A DNA stretch of 64,000 nt. Source: Eubacteriales bacterium (GTDB taxonomy: Bacteria; Bacillota; Clostridia; Oscillospirales; UBA644). The stretch spans positions 64,710-128,709 of the forward strand of contig JAZPXN010000027.1 of NCBI GenBank assembly GCA_045543655.1, read 5' to 3'. Made by a program: the position numbers and the translations under genes. How positions within the stretch are numbered: position 1 is the stretch's first letter; each line of letters opens with the position of its first letter. This document shows positions 46,500-56,281 of the stretch, one piece after another. The notes beneath the pieces were generated by a model, which worked only from the letters and a program-made list of their open reading frames with translations, did not search any database and had not been told where the DNA came from.

Positions 46500-46770
46500 A
46501 TTTAATTTTCAAAAACTGAACCGAAAAGCTGTGACGAAGACAGTAGTCGGGCAGGGAAACGCAAAGCGAGCCGGGGACGGTGTGAGCCCGGTGCGGAGTA
46601 TTGCCCGATGAAGATCCCTTCCGAGCTGCGTGCCGAACGGGCGTACGCCCCAGTAGGTTCCGCCGGGACCCCTACGTCAACGGGGAGCATATGTACGTAT
46701 GTGAATGGGTGGTTAAGCGAAGTTTGCCTTCGTCCCGTTTCTGCGGGGCGGAGGATTTTTGTTTTTCGGG
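46500..46770 (+). promoter_or_regulatory. T-box leader (tRNA-Ile-sensing transcription attenuator) upstream of ileS
   Basis: Stem I elements (CAGTAG S-turn; TCGGGCA/TGCCCGA helix; distal GGTGTGAG). Candidate specifier ATC at 46614-46616. T-box sequence AATGGGTGGTTAAGCG at 46704-46719. Terminator CCTTCGTCCCG...CGGGGCGGAGG plus a T-run at 46727-46770. Confidence 0.75.
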
Positions 46771-46797
46771 AAAGTTGAAGGACACGGAGGAAAAGCT

Positions 46798-49700
46798 ATG
46801 TACGAAAAAGTCTCGGGCGATCTGAATTTCGTCGAACGGGAAAAGAAGATCGAAGAATTCTGGGCAAAGAACGGCATCTTCGAAAAGAGCGTGGATCAGC
46901 GGAAGGACGGAGAATACTTCACCTTCTACGACGGCCCGCCCACCGCCAACGGCAAGCCCCACATCGGTCACGTGCTGACCCGCGTGATCAAGGATACCAT
47001 CCCCCGCTACAAGGCCATGAAGGGGAATTTCACCGTCCGCAAGGCCGGCTGGGATACCCACCGTCTTCCCGTGGAGCTGGAAGTGGAAAAGAAGCAGGGC
47101 CTCGACGGAAAGGAGCAGATCGAAGAATACGGTCTGGAGCCCTTCATCAAGGAATGCAAGGAGAGCGTCTGGAGATATAAGGGAATGTGGGAGGATTTCT
47201 CCGATACCGTCGGTTATTGGGCGGATATGAAGGATCCCTACGTCACCTACGACAATAACTTCATTGAATCCGAGTGGTGGGCGCTGAAGCAGATCTGGGA
47301 AAAGGGGCTCTTGTACAAGGGCTTTAAGATCGTTCCCTACTGCCCCCGCTGCGGAACGCCTCTGTCCAGCCACGAGGTTGCCCAAGGATATAAGACCGTA
47401 AAGGAACGCTCCGCCGTGGTTCGCTTCAAGGCCGTGGGCGAGGACGCTTATTTCCTGGCCTGGACCACCACGCCCTGGACGTTGCCCTCCAACGTGGCCC
47501 TGTGCGTAAACCCCGACGACACCTACTGCAAGGTCAAGGCCGCCGACGGATACGTCTATTATATGGCTCAGGCGCTGCTGGATACGGTACTGGGAAAGCT
47601 TTCGGAGGACGGAAAAGACGCCTACGAGGTTCTTGAAACCTACGCCGGCAAGGATCTGGAGGGGAAAGAATACGAGCCTCTCTTCGCCTGCGCTGCCGCC
47701 GTTGCGGAAAAACAGCATAAAAAAGGCTTCTTTATCACCTGCGACGGTTACGTCACCATGGCCGACGGTACGGGCATCGTTCATATTGCTCCCGCCTTCG
47801 GTGAAGACGACGCCAAGGTTGGCCGGAAATACGATCTGCCCTTCGTTCAGTTCGTAGACGGCGCCGGCAACATGACCGAGGATACCCCCTACGCAGGCAA
47901 ATTCGTCAAGGATGCAGATCCTCTGGTGCTTGCGGATCTGGACAAAGAGGGCAAGCTCTTCGACGCCCCCAAATTCGAACACGAATACCCCTTCTGCTGG
48001 CGCTGCGATACGCCGCTGATCTACTATGCGAGAGAATCCTGGTTCATTAAGATGACCGACGTGAAGGACGATCTTTTGAAGAACAACGCCACCATCAACT
48101 GGATGCCCGAAAACATCGGCACCGGCCGCTTCGGGGACTGGCTGAAGAACGTTCAGGACTGGGGTATCAGCCGCAACCGCTATTGGGGCACGCCCTTGAA
48201 CGTGTGGCAGTGCGAATGCGGTCATCAGCACGCCGTTGGATCCATTGAAGAGCTGAAATCCATGTCCGACAACTGTCCCGACGACGTGGAGCTGCACCGG
48301 CCCTATATCGACGCAGTCACCCTCAAATGTCCTCATTGCGGAAAGGAAATGCACCGGGTGCCGGAGGTCATCGACTGCTGGTTCGACTCCGGGGCGATGC
48401 CCTTCGCTCAATGGCACTATCCCTTTGAAAATCAAGATATTTTTGAAAAGACCTTCCCTGCCGACTTTATCAGCGAAGGGGTCGATCAAACCCGCGGATG
48501 GTTCTATTCTCTGCTGGCCATCTCCACCCTGCTGTTCAACAAGGCTCCTTACAAGAACGTTATCGTCCTCGGTCACGTTCAGGATGCGGACGGTCAGAAG
48601 ATGTCCAAATCCAAGGGCAACGCGGTGGATCCCTTTGACGCTTTGAATCAACACGGCGCCGACGCCATCCGCTGGTATTTCTATTCCAACTCCGCGCCCT
48701 GGCTTCCCAACCGCTTCCATCACGGGGCGGTGACCGAAGGCCAGCGGAAATTCATGGGCACGCTCTGGAATACCTACGCCTTTTTCGTTCTGTACGCCAA
48801 CATCGACGGCTTTGACGCCACGAAATATACGCTGGATTACGATAAACTGAGCGTTATGGACAAATGGATGATCTCCAAGCTCAATACGCTGATCAAGACC
48901 TGCGACGAGTATATGAGCAATTATAAGATCACCGAGGTCTCCCGCGTGATGCAGTCCTTCGTGGACGATATGAGCAACTGGTACGTCCGTCGGAGCCGGG
49001 AACGGTTCTGGGCAAAGGGTATGGAGCAGGATAAGATCAACGCGTATATGACCCTGTATACCGTCCTGGTCACCTTCTGCAAGCTGGCCGCTCCCCTGGT
49101 TCCCTTCGTCACCGAGGATATCTATCAGAATCTGGTGAGAAGTATCGACAAGAGCGCTCCCGAAAGCATCCATCTCTGCGATTACCCCGTGGCCAACGAG
49201 GCGTGGATCCATCCCGATATGGAAGCGGAAATGGACGAGGTTCTGCAGGTGGTCACCCTGGGCCGTAACTGCCGGAACGCCGCCAACATCAAGAACCGTC
49301 AGCCCATCGCCGCCATGTACGTGAAGGCCGACCGGGAGCTGGGCGAGGAATACAAGGCCATCGTTGCCGACGAGCTGAACGTCCGGGAGGTTCGCATCGC
49401 AGAAAGCGTGAAGCAGTTCCTGTCCTATTCCTTCAAGCCCCAACTGAAGACGGTGGGGCCGAAATACGGCAAATACCTTAACGCCATCCGCACCGCTCTG
49501 ACCGAGCTGAACGGAGCGGAGGCCATGGACGAGCTGGAAGCCAACGGCTGCCTGAAGCTGAATCTGGACGGCGTCGAGATTCTCCTCGGGAAGGAAGATC
49601 TGCTCGTTGAATCTGCGCAGACCGCCGGCTACGAATCCTGCACCGACAACGGAATCACGGTGGTTCTCGACACGACCCTGACCCCCGAGCTGATCGAGGA

Positions 49701-49956
49701 AGGATTCGTTCGCGAGATCATCAGCAAAATCCAGACCATGCGGAAGGATTCCGGCTTTGAAGTGACCGATCATATTGCCGTTTATACCTTCGGAAACGAT
49801 AAGATCGCGGAGTTGTTCCGAAACAACGAAGCAACCATCAAGGCGGAGGTTCTTGCCGATGCCGTGGAATACGCAGAGCCCGGCGAGAACGAGCACGCAA
49901 AAGCCTGGAGCATCAACGGGGAAAAGGTCACCCTCGGCGTGAAAGTAATCGGATAA
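46798..49956 (+). CDS. ileS: Isoleucine--tRNA ligase
   Basis: HIGH motif (PHIGHV) and KMSKS motif (QKMSKSKGN). 1052 aa. ATG at 46798 follows GGAGGA. Confidence 0.95.
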   Translation: MYEKVSGDLNFVEREKKIEEFWAKNGIFEKSVDQRKDGEYFTFYDGPPTANGKPHIGHVLTRVIKDTIPRYKAMKGNFTVRKAGWDTHRLPVELEVEKKQGLDGKEQIEEYGLEPFIKECKESVWRYKGMWEDFSDTVGYWADMKDPYVTYDNNFIESEWWALKQIWEKGLLYKGFKIVPYCPRCGTPLSSHEVAQGYKTVKERSAVVRFKAVGEDAYFLAWTTTPWTLPSNVALCVNPDDTYCKVKAADGYVYYMAQALLDTVLGKLSEDGKDAYEVLETYAGKDLEGKEYEPLFACAAAVAEKQHKKGFFITCDGYVTMADGTGIVHIAPAFGEDDAKVGRKYDLPFVQFVDGAGNMTEDTPYAGKFVKDADPLVLADLDKEGKLFDAPKFEHEYPFCWRCDTPLIYYARESWFIKMTDVKDDLLKNNATINWMPENIGTGRFGDWLKNVQDWGISRNRYWGTPLNVWQCECGHQHAVGSIEELKSMSDNCPDDVELHRPYIDAVTLKCPHCGKEMHRVPEVIDCWFDSGAMPFAQWHYPFENQDIFEKTFPADFISEGVDQTRGWFYSLLAISTLLFNKAPYKNVIVLGHVQDADGQKMSKSKGNAVDPFDALNQHGADAIRWYFYSNSAPWLPNRFHHGAVTEGQRKFMGTLWNTYAFFVLYANIDGFDATKYTLDYDKLSVMDKWMISKLNTLIKTCDEYMSNYKITEVSRVMQSFVDDMSNWYVRRSRERFWAKGMEQDKINAYMTLYTVLVTFCKLAAPLVPFVTEDIYQNLVRSIDKSAPESIHLCDYPVANEAWIHPDMEAEMDEVLQVVTLGRNCRNAANIKNRQPIAAMYVKADRELGEEYKAIVADELNVREVRIAESVKQFLSYSFKPQLKTVGPKYGKYLNAIRTALTELNGAEAMDELEANGCLKLNLDGVEILLGKEDLLVESAQTAGYESCTDNGITVVLDTTLTPELIEEGFVREIISKIQTMRKDSGFEVTDHIAVYTFGNDKIAELFRNNEATIKAEVLADAVEYAEPGENEHAKAWSINGEKVTLGVKVIG

Positions 49957-50014
49957 AACACCTCTCCCCCGATCAATACGGTCGGGGGAGGTTTGCAAAA
50001 AAAGGAGAACGCCC

Positions 50015-50995
50015 ATGCCAAAATCCAGAAATCAGAAACTGAAGCTGCCCTGCCTGATCCGCATCCTGAAGGAAAAGACCGACGTCGATCACGGTCTTTC
50101 TACCGAAGAGCTGATCCGGGAGCTGGGGCGATACGATATTTCGGCAGAGCGAAAAAGCATCTACGACGATATTGATCTTCTGCAGAACAATTTCGGGATG
50201 GCTATCGAGCACGATAAGGCCCGGGGATACCGATTGGTGGAGCAGGAATTCGATCTGCCGGAGTTGAAGCTGCTGGTGGATGCGGTACAATCCTGCAAAT
50301 TTATTTCCACGGCAAAAAGCGAGGATCTGATCCGGAAGCTGAAGGGGCTGACCAGCGAGCATCGGGCAAGGGAGCTGCAACGGCAGGTGACGGTCAAGGA
50401 TCGCATCAAATCCATGCACAATTCCACGATCTATTCCATCGACACCATCCAGAACGCGCTACAGAATAACCGGCAGATTTCCTTCCAGTATTGGGGCTGG
50501 ACGCCCTCAAAAGAGCAGAAACCCCGCCACGACGGGAAGCGATATCTGGTGTCCCCCTGGTCGCTGTTGTGGGATCACGAATACTATTATCTCATTGCCT
50601 TTGACAGTGAAAAGCAGGCCATTCGCCATTACCGCGTAGACCGGATGCGGAGCGTCAGCGAAGAAAACGCCGGACGGGAGGGCCGGGAGGCCTTCGAAAA
50701 GCTGGACGTGGCGGAATACTCCTCCGGCGTATTCGGGATGTTCGGTGGAAACACCACCCACGTGACCTTCCGTTGCAAGAAAAAAATGGCGGACGTGATC
50801 ATTGACCGGTTCGGGAAAGACGTGATGATGACGCCGGAGCCGGACGGGTTTAAGTTCCACGCGGATATCGACGTTTCTCCCCAGTTTTTTGGCTGGGTTG
50901 CCTCGTTGGGAGACGAGATCCGCATCGAAGCCCCGGCGAAAACGGTGGCAGAATTCAAGCAATACATGATCAAAGCGCTGGAGCAATACGAATAA
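50015..50995 (+). CDS. WYL-domain transcriptional regulator (N-terminal HTH + WYL + C-terminal WCX-like domain)
   Basis: DeoR/HTH-like N-terminus and a WYL core (YLVSPWSLLWDHEYYYLIAFD...IRHYRVDRM). Confidence 0.8.
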   Translation: MPKSRNQKLKLPCLIRILKEKTDVDHGLSTEELIRELGRYDISAERKSIYDDIDLLQNNFGMAIEHDKARGYRLVEQEFDLPELKLLVDAVQSCKFISTAKSEDLIRKLKGLTSEHRARELQRQVTVKDRIKSMHNSTIYSIDTIQNALQNNRQISFQYWGWTPSKEQKPRHDGKRYLVSPWSLLWDHEYYYLIAFDSEKQAIRHYRVDRMRSVSEENAGREGREAFEKLDVAEYSSGVFGMFGGNTTHVTFRCKKKMADVIIDRFGKDVMMTPEPDGFKFHADIDVSPQFFGWVASLGDEIRIEAPAKTVAEFKQYMIKALEQYE

Positions 50996-51001
50996 AGAAA
51001 A

Positions 51002-51045
51002 CGGAGACGCTTCCTTCGGAAGACGCCTCCGTTTTTTTGTGATAC
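51002..51045. terminator. Hairpin terminator between convergent genes
   Basis: ACGGAGACGCTTCC...GGAAGACGCCTCCGT imperfect stem, followed by T7. Confidence 0.65.
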
Positions 51046-51047
51046 CG

Positions 51048-51647
51048 TTATTTTTTGTTCAGCCTTTCGCCGACGGCTCCGCCGGGATGAATGAGAGCAA
51101 ACTGCTCTTTTTGATAATCGGTCTGTTCGATCAGCGCCGTCTGTAAGGCGTGAAAAATCATGCAGAGAGCGGTGGTACTGGTCGTACCCTGCATATTGTA
51201 TTTATCGGTCTCCCGGTTCACGTGCTGCTTGAGAACGACGTCCGCGCCGAGGGCAAGGGGGGACTGGGTATTTTCGGTAACGGTAATGACTGAAATCCCC
51301 TTCGCTTTGCAGATATCCAGGATCGGAAACAGTTCTTTCGTTCCGCCTCCTCTGGAGGCAAAGACCATGACGTCTCCCTTCTGCAGAAAACCGGTCGCAC
51401 CGTGGACCGCCTCCGCCGGAGAGATAAACCGGGCGGGCCGCTCAATGCAGCACATCAAATGGGCAAAATGCTGGCAGATAATGCCGGAATGTCCGCATCC
51501 CGCAGCGCCGATCCGGGGAGCCTCGCTCAAAAGCTCTACGGCACGGCGGAAGGCTTCCTCGTCAAAATATTCCTTCATTTCCCGCAGACAGTCGGCCTCG
51601 ATATCGTAGGCGTCTTTTGCGGCTTGCAACGCTTTTTCGCTGATCAT
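51048..51647 (-). CDS. KpsF/GutQ-type SIS-domain sugar-phosphate isomerase lacking CBS domains (arabinose-5-phosphate-isomerase-like)
   Basis: GCGHSG, PAEAVHGATG and TTSTTALCMIFHAL...ALIHPGGAVG align with KpsF core motifs. At only 199 aa it has no CBS pair. Confidence 0.75.
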   Translation of the reverse strand: MISEKALQAAKDAYDIEADCLREMKEYFDEEAFRRAVELLSEAPRIGAAGCGHSGIICQHFAHLMCCIERPARFISPAEAVHGATGFLQKGDVMVFASRGGGTKELFPILDICKAKGISVITVTENTQSPLALGADVVLKQHVNRETDKYNMQGTTSTTALCMIFHALQTALIEQTDYQKEQFALIHPGGAVGERLNKK

Positions 51648-51662
51648 ATCGTTTCTCCTGTT

Positions 51663-53075
51663 TTATCCGAAAATTTTATCGTCAACGTTAAGATACCGGG
51701 CGTAGCATTCAGAATAATCGTCCCCACCCGGACGGTATACCCGGTTGGGCTTCACGGCCATTGCGCAGGCCGCCGGAACGCTTTCGAACACGCCCGTGGC
51801 AACGCCGGCAAGAATCGCAGAGCCAAGGCAGGCAGTTTCATCGCTCTTCAGCGTAACGAAGGTCTTTCCCGTCATATCGGCCTTGATTCGGCACCATAAA
51901 GGGCTTTGCGCGCCGCCGCCCATCGTGCGGACCTCGGAATAATCAACGTTGATATAATCCAAATTCCGCTTCAGCATGCAGGCCACCGACTCCAGAATAC
52001 TCCGGACGGCGTGCCCTCTGGTATGCTCCAGCGTGAGGCCGTAAAACACGCCCCTGGCCTCGGGATCGTATTTGGGCATGGTGGACCCGCAGAGGTAGGG
52101 CAAAAAGGTCAAGCCTGCGGAACCGGGAGGAACCTGCTCCGCTAAGGCATCCAATTCCTTGAAATCGAAGGATTCGCAGAACTGATTGCGGAACCATTTC
52201 AGCGCAATGCCGGCGGTGGACGACCACAAAAGCAGGGCGTAGGAACCGTCGTAATTCAAATGACAGGGGATCTTACTGTCCGCACGGTAGGCGGGGACGG
52301 TATCGGTTGGCACGAAGGCCGCCATGGTGGTTCCCGTCATTTCGCTGACGATCCCCTTTTCCACGACGCCGGCACCGATCGCCCCGGCCACCTGGTCCAT
52401 CGCCCCGGTTACCACCTTAATTCCCCGGTATTCCCCCACGACCTCGCCGCTTTTCAGCACCGAGGGCAGGCAGGATTCGGTTAGTCCGAGGAAATCCAGC
52501 ATTTCCTGCCACCAAATCCGCCGATGAATATCGAAATACACGGACGAAGACTGCAGCGTCTGCTCGGTGATAAACCTCCCGGTCAGTTTCCAAAGCAAAT
52601 AATCTTCCAGCAAAAATACCTTTTTCATCTTCCGGAAGATCTCCGGACGCTCCCGACGGAACCAAAGCAACTTACAGGCAGGCCACGTTGCGGTGATCTC
52701 CGGCTGCCCCGTCACCTCGTAGACCTTTTTCTCTCCGAAAACGGAGCGAAGCTCGTCCGCCTGCTTTGCCGCCCGGTTATCCAGCCACACCACGGCGTCG
52801 GCAAGAGGATTTCCCTCTTCGTCGGCGAGAATCAGTGTTTCACACTGAGTATCAATGCTCATCGCATAGAGATCGAACCGGGGGGACACCTCCTCCAGAA
52901 CCTCTTGAAGCATCTGCCAATAGCCGTCGGCCGGAAATTCTACGAAATCCCCGGAAACGTTGAGAGTATAGTCCTTGGTCAGGGTCATAATCCGGTTGGC
53001 GTTTTCATCAAAGACCGCCGCCTTCAAAGACGTGGTACCGACGTCGACGCCCAATAAATATTTCATACGCGTCAC
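51663..53075 (-). CDS. FGGY-family carbohydrate kinase (xylulokinase-like)
   Basis: LGVDVGTTSLKAAVFD N-terminal motif and MGGGAQSPLWCRIKADMTG C-terminal motif. Confidence 0.85.
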   Translation of the reverse strand: MTRMKYLLGVDVGTTSLKAAVFDENANRIMTLTKDYTLNVSGDFVEFPADGYWQMLQEVLEEVSPRFDLYAMSIDTQCETLILADEEGNPLADAVVWLDNRAAKQADELRSVFGEKKVYEVTGQPEITATWPACKLLWFRRERPEIFRKMKKVFLLEDYLLWKLTGRFITEQTLQSSSVYFDIHRRIWWQEMLDFLGLTESCLPSVLKSGEVVGEYRGIKVVTGAMDQVAGAIGAGVVEKGIVSEMTGTTMAAFVPTDTVPAYRADSKIPCHLNYDGSYALLLWSSTAGIALKWFRNQFCESFDFKELDALAEQVPPGSAGLTFLPYLCGSTMPKYDPEARGVFYGLTLEHTRGHAVRSILESVACMLKRNLDYINVDYSEVRTMGGGAQSPLWCRIKADMTGKTFVTLKSDETACLGSAILAGVATGVFESVPAACAMAVKPNRVYRPGGDDYSECYARYLNVDDKIFG

Positions 53076-53099
53076 CTGCCGAAATCAAAGCGTTTTTCT

Positions 53100-53142
53100 A
53101 AAAAAACCGTTTTGGGCTGTTGTATCACGCAACAGCCCAAAA
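53100..53142 (-). terminator. Intra-cluster hairpin (terminator/attenuator) between yjbQ-like and kinase genes
   Basis: TTTTGGGCTGTTG (53110-53122) / CAACAGCCCAAAA (53130-53142), a 13-bp perfect stem. The - strand continues ACGGTTTTTT. Confidence 0.6.
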
Positions 53143-53149
53143 TCCTTGT

Positions 53150-53770
53150 TCAGCGTTTCTGCTGGAGATTGTAATGAACGTCGAAGGCCTTTTCTTCGTC
53201 GGTGTATTTCCGGAGAGTGTTGATGGTCTCACCGTTGTTCCACTTACGGTCTTCCACGTCCTCGGTGGTACCCATAACGGTAACGTTCAACTGTCTGTGA
53301 CGGGCACGGACGTGGTCCCAGTCGATGAAATAAACGTGCGCGAATTCACCGCCGTCCAGAACGCCGTCCTTAATGGTCATGGTTTCGCTTCTGCCGAAGA
53401 AAACGCTGCGCAGATGACCGTCGGTGTTCATGCTGGTGTAGTCGCCGGGCTCGTTAACGTATCTTCCGAACTGAGAATGAATGGGACCGGGATGACGGTA
53501 TTGATGCTCTTCCGCAAAGTCGGGGATCATCTTTCTCATAATATCCAGAAGATCGTGCTGGAGATATTCCAGATCGAAGGAGTCGATATCGTGAGAACAC
53601 TCCTGAATCATAACGGAGCAGGTGGTATGATGGGAGGCAATGGTGACGGTACCGTTCTTAACCCCGGAGGCCTGAACGATTTCCATTACTTCTTTGGATA
53701 CGTCGTGAAAGGTGGGGATCCAACCTCTCGACTGCAATTCCAATTCTTTCTGAAAAACCTTGAATTCCAT
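53150..53770 (-). CDS. YjbQ/UPF0047 family protein (secondary thiamine-phosphate synthase-like fold) with a C-terminal extension
   Basis: NGTVTIASHHTTCSVMIQE...DGHLRSVFFGRSETMTIKDG matches the YjbQ pattern. At 206 aa it is longer than the ~140-aa norm as I recall it. Confidence 0.65.
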   Translation of the reverse strand: MEFKVFQKELELQSRGWIPTFHDVSKEVMEIVQASGVKNGTVTIASHHTTCSVMIQECSHDIDSFDLEYLQHDLLDIMRKMIPDFAEEHQYRHPGPIHSQFGRYVNEPGDYTSMNTDGHLRSVFFGRSETMTIKDGVLDGGEFAHVYFIDWDHVRARHRQLNVTVMGTTEDVEDRKWNNGETINTLRKYTDEEKAFDVHYNLQQKR

Positions 53771-53789
53771 ATTTTTTTTCTCCTATCGT

Positions 53790-54491
53790 TTAGTTATGAA
53801 GCTCATCCCAGGCCTTGCGAAGCGAATAGAGCATCTCTTCTACCATGGCGTAGGGATCGGCGGCCTTAATAATTCCGCTGGTGCTCCCCGTTGCCTGGGC
53901 ACCGAGTTTAATCGTGTCGTATACGTCCCGGCCGTTGGAAATGCCGGCACCCTGAAGAACCATGATGTCGGGATTGATAGCCCGGACCTGCTCAATGGTC
54001 TGGATCACGTAATTGGAATCACTGATCTTCCCCGTTCCAATCAGCTCGGTGGGTTCCGCAACCAACAGATTGGGGGACAGCTTTGCAATGGAAACCAACT
54101 CTTCCACCATATCGGCACAAACGATGGTGGCAAGTCCCACCTCGTCGGCACGGCGGATGGTCTTCTCCACGGCGTCCAGGGTAAGCTTCTTTTCCGCGTG
54201 GTTCAGCATGACCCCTACGGCTCCGGCCGCCTTCACCGCTTCGGGAAGAACCGAACCGAGACCGCGCCCCACGGGCAAATAGTCCATATGCTGCGCAAAG
54301 ACCAGGATCCGTTCGGTATTCTGAGCCAGAAGACTGATATCGGTATACTGGGGGGTTACGATTACGTCCACGTCGTATTTCATGGCGACCTTATCGATGA
54401 CCTTTGCCAGCTTCAGCATCTCTTCGCCGTACAGATAAGCCTTCGGGCCTACCTCGAAGAAGGGGGGCTTAATATTAAAATCCTTTAACAT
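53790..54491 (-). CDS. Triose-phosphate-isomerase family protein (non-glycolytic paralog)
   Basis: TIM-like catalytic context (NHAEKK, AEPTELIGTG, GAGISNG). Confidence 0.65.
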   Translation of the reverse strand: MLKDFNIKPPFFEVGPKAYLYGEEMLKLAKVIDKVAMKYDVDVIVTPQYTDISLLAQNTERILVFAQHMDYLPVGRGLGSVLPEAVKAAGAVGVMLNHAEKKLTLDAVEKTIRRADEVGLATIVCADMVEELVSIAKLSPNLLVAEPTELIGTGKISDSNYVIQTIEQVRAINPDIMVLQGAGISNGRDVYDTIKLGAQATGSTSGIIKAADPYAMVEEMLYSLRKAWDELHN

Positions 54492-54508
54492 CCCGACGTC
54501 CTGCTTTC

Positions 54509-55183
54509 TTAAAAGTCCAGAATGGTCTGATCGCCGTACATATCCTTCCAGTCCTTATCGAAGCCGGTAACTGCGGCGTCGGTCATGGGGTGGGTGATCA
54601 GGCTCTTGAACAGGTCGGCGGAAATGGTAGCGGTATGACAACCGGCAAGAGCGCAGGCGTGGATCTGCTGGCAATTCTTGAAGCTTGCCGCAAGAACCTG
54701 ACAATCCAAACCGTGAACGGCGAAGGTCTCGACGATATCCTCCACCACCCGGACGCCGTCGCCGAGGATATTATCCAAACGGTTGACGTAGGGGGCAACG
54801 AAGGATGCGCCGGCTTTCGCGGCCATCAGAGCCTGCGCGGGGGTGAAGATCGCGGTCATGGTAACGCCGATGCCCAATTCACGGAGCATCATCGTAGCCT
54901 TTAAGCCTTCTTCTCCGATGGGAATCTTCACGTAAAATTCACCGCCGACGGTCTCCTTGATCAGTTTTGCCTCCTCCACGATCTTTTCCGCCGTGGTCTG
55001 CACGGTCTGAACGTGGAGCATTTTATCGGGGCCGATAATATTACGGATCTCTTTGACCAGGGCCCAGAAATCGGATTTTTCCTTTGCTACGAGAGTAGGA
55101 TTGGTGGTAACCCCGGCCACGGGATAGAACTCGTTACAATGCCGGATTGCATCCAAATTGCCGGTGTCGACTAAAAATTCCAT
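54509..55183 (-). CDS. Fructose-6-phosphate aldolase / TalC-type transaldolase family protein
   Basis: MEFLVDTGNLDAI...GVTTNPTL N-terminus and Schiff-base Lys context YVKIP. 224 aa. Confidence 0.85.
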   Translation of the reverse strand: MEFLVDTGNLDAIRHCNEFYPVAGVTTNPTLVAKEKSDFWALVKEIRNIIGPDKMLHVQTVQTTAEKIVEEAKLIKETVGGEFYVKIPIGEEGLKATMMLRELGIGVTMTAIFTPAQALMAAKAGASFVAPYVNRLDNILGDGVRVVEDIVETFAVHGLDCQVLAASFKNCQQIHACALAGCHTATISADLFKSLITHPMTDAAVTGFDKDWKDMYGDQTILDF

Positions 55184-55281
55184 TGTTTTTCTCCTTCATT
55201 ATAAGATATTCGCATCAAGAACCGAAGGGGGCCTCGTAAAAGAGAGGCACCCTCCGGAGACGGATTTACGGATAAAACCGA

Positions 55282-56253
55282 TCAATACCCAACCTTTTCC
55301 CAGCATTCAAAGGGAGCGGCCAGTTCTTCGGAAATATAGACCTGGGTCTTCTTGGTCTGCAGCATAGAGCTGGGAACGTAGGGCGTGACGGGACCGTGGG
55401 TAACGAGGCGGGAGGTCATTCTCTGCCAGGAAGAGAAGGTACCGTTGGTGGCAAGAGCGTGGACCTCAATGCGTTCCTTGGCTCTCATAACGTCGAGGGG
55501 CCCGATGGTTGCGGCCTTGGGAGGAACGTTTGCAATATCGCCGGACTGGCCGAAGGTTCCGTTCAGAGAATTCTGAAGAATGGTCATGGGATGGAGCGTA
55601 ACCAGCTTTGCAGGCTGATTCAGCCATTCTTCAATATCTCCGCTGCCGATGAATTCGGGAATGGGATCCACGAAAGCAACGTGACCGGTCCAACCGGGAG
55701 AGGTGGAGATAATATCCGCACCGCCGCCGGAAATATCGTTGATGATCTTGGAATAATCGTTAATATTCTTATTGGTGGGGTAATGGACGTTCTTCATGGG
55801 CATACGGAGTTTCGGATCGATCTGCATGACCAGATACTTGATCATGGAATGAACGAAGCCGGCCTCGTAGGTCTCAGGGGCGATATTACCGTCCTGATCC
55901 GCCCATTCGTCTTCTGCGAAAATATGAACCCTGGAGCAGTCTACCTGGAAATAATTGATCAGCTGAGCAAGAGGGATATAGGTATCGGGTTCGGGGTTGC
56001 CCAGAATCATGGTGAAGGTCTTCCCTGCCTCGGAGGCGGCCTTCAGGCGGGAAAACAGGGTAGCAATCAAAACGGGGTGGGGGTTCATCATTACCTTGAC
56101 GTCAAATTCAGGATGCCACCAGGGTTCCCGGATTTCAAGCTCCTTGCCGCTCATTTTGCGGACGCGCTCACAGACCTCTTTATCCTTGAACGGTACGAAA
56201 TCGGCAGGATCAAAATGAAACTTTGCAGGGGGATCGAAAATGATTTGGCTCAT
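55282..56253 (-). CDS. NagB/6-phosphogluconolactonase-fold protein (distant glucosamine-6-phosphate deaminase-like)
   Basis: The SPGWTGHVAFVDP segment resembles NagB GxxGHIAFNEP. It has an N-terminal extension (323 aa). Confidence 0.55.
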   Translation of the reverse strand: MSQIIFDPPAKFHFDPADFVPFKDKEVCERVRKMSGKELEIREPWWHPEFDVKVMMNPHPVLIATLFSRLKAASEAGKTFTMILGNPEPDTYIPLAQLINYFQVDCSRVHIFAEDEWADQDGNIAPETYEAGFVHSMIKYLVMQIDPKLRMPMKNVHYPTNKNINDYSKIINDISGGGADIISTSPGWTGHVAFVDPIPEFIGSGDIEEWLNQPAKLVTLHPMTILQNSLNGTFGQSGDIANVPPKAATIGPLDVMRAKERIEVHALATNGTFSSWQRMTSRLVTHGPVTPYVPSSMLQTKKTQVYISEELAAPFECWEKVGY

Positions 56254-56281
56254 AACTCTTCTCCTTTAAATCTATTTAATG

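Noticed and set aside
50015-50995. WYL-domain regulator as a marker of a defence island (BrxR/CapW-like context).
   Set aside because: Its neighbours are ileS and a sugar-phosphate cluster. The window contains no nuclease, helicase, methyltransferase-restriction, CBASS, BREX or CRISPR-type genes. It is more likely an ordinary ligand-sensing transcription factor.
55184-55281. Possible internal promoter (TATAAT at about 55205) and imperfect hairpin between the NagB-like and aldolase genes.
   Set aside because: There is no acceptable -35 at 16-18 nt, and the hairpin has no U-run. It is treated as an ordinary intercistronic spacer.
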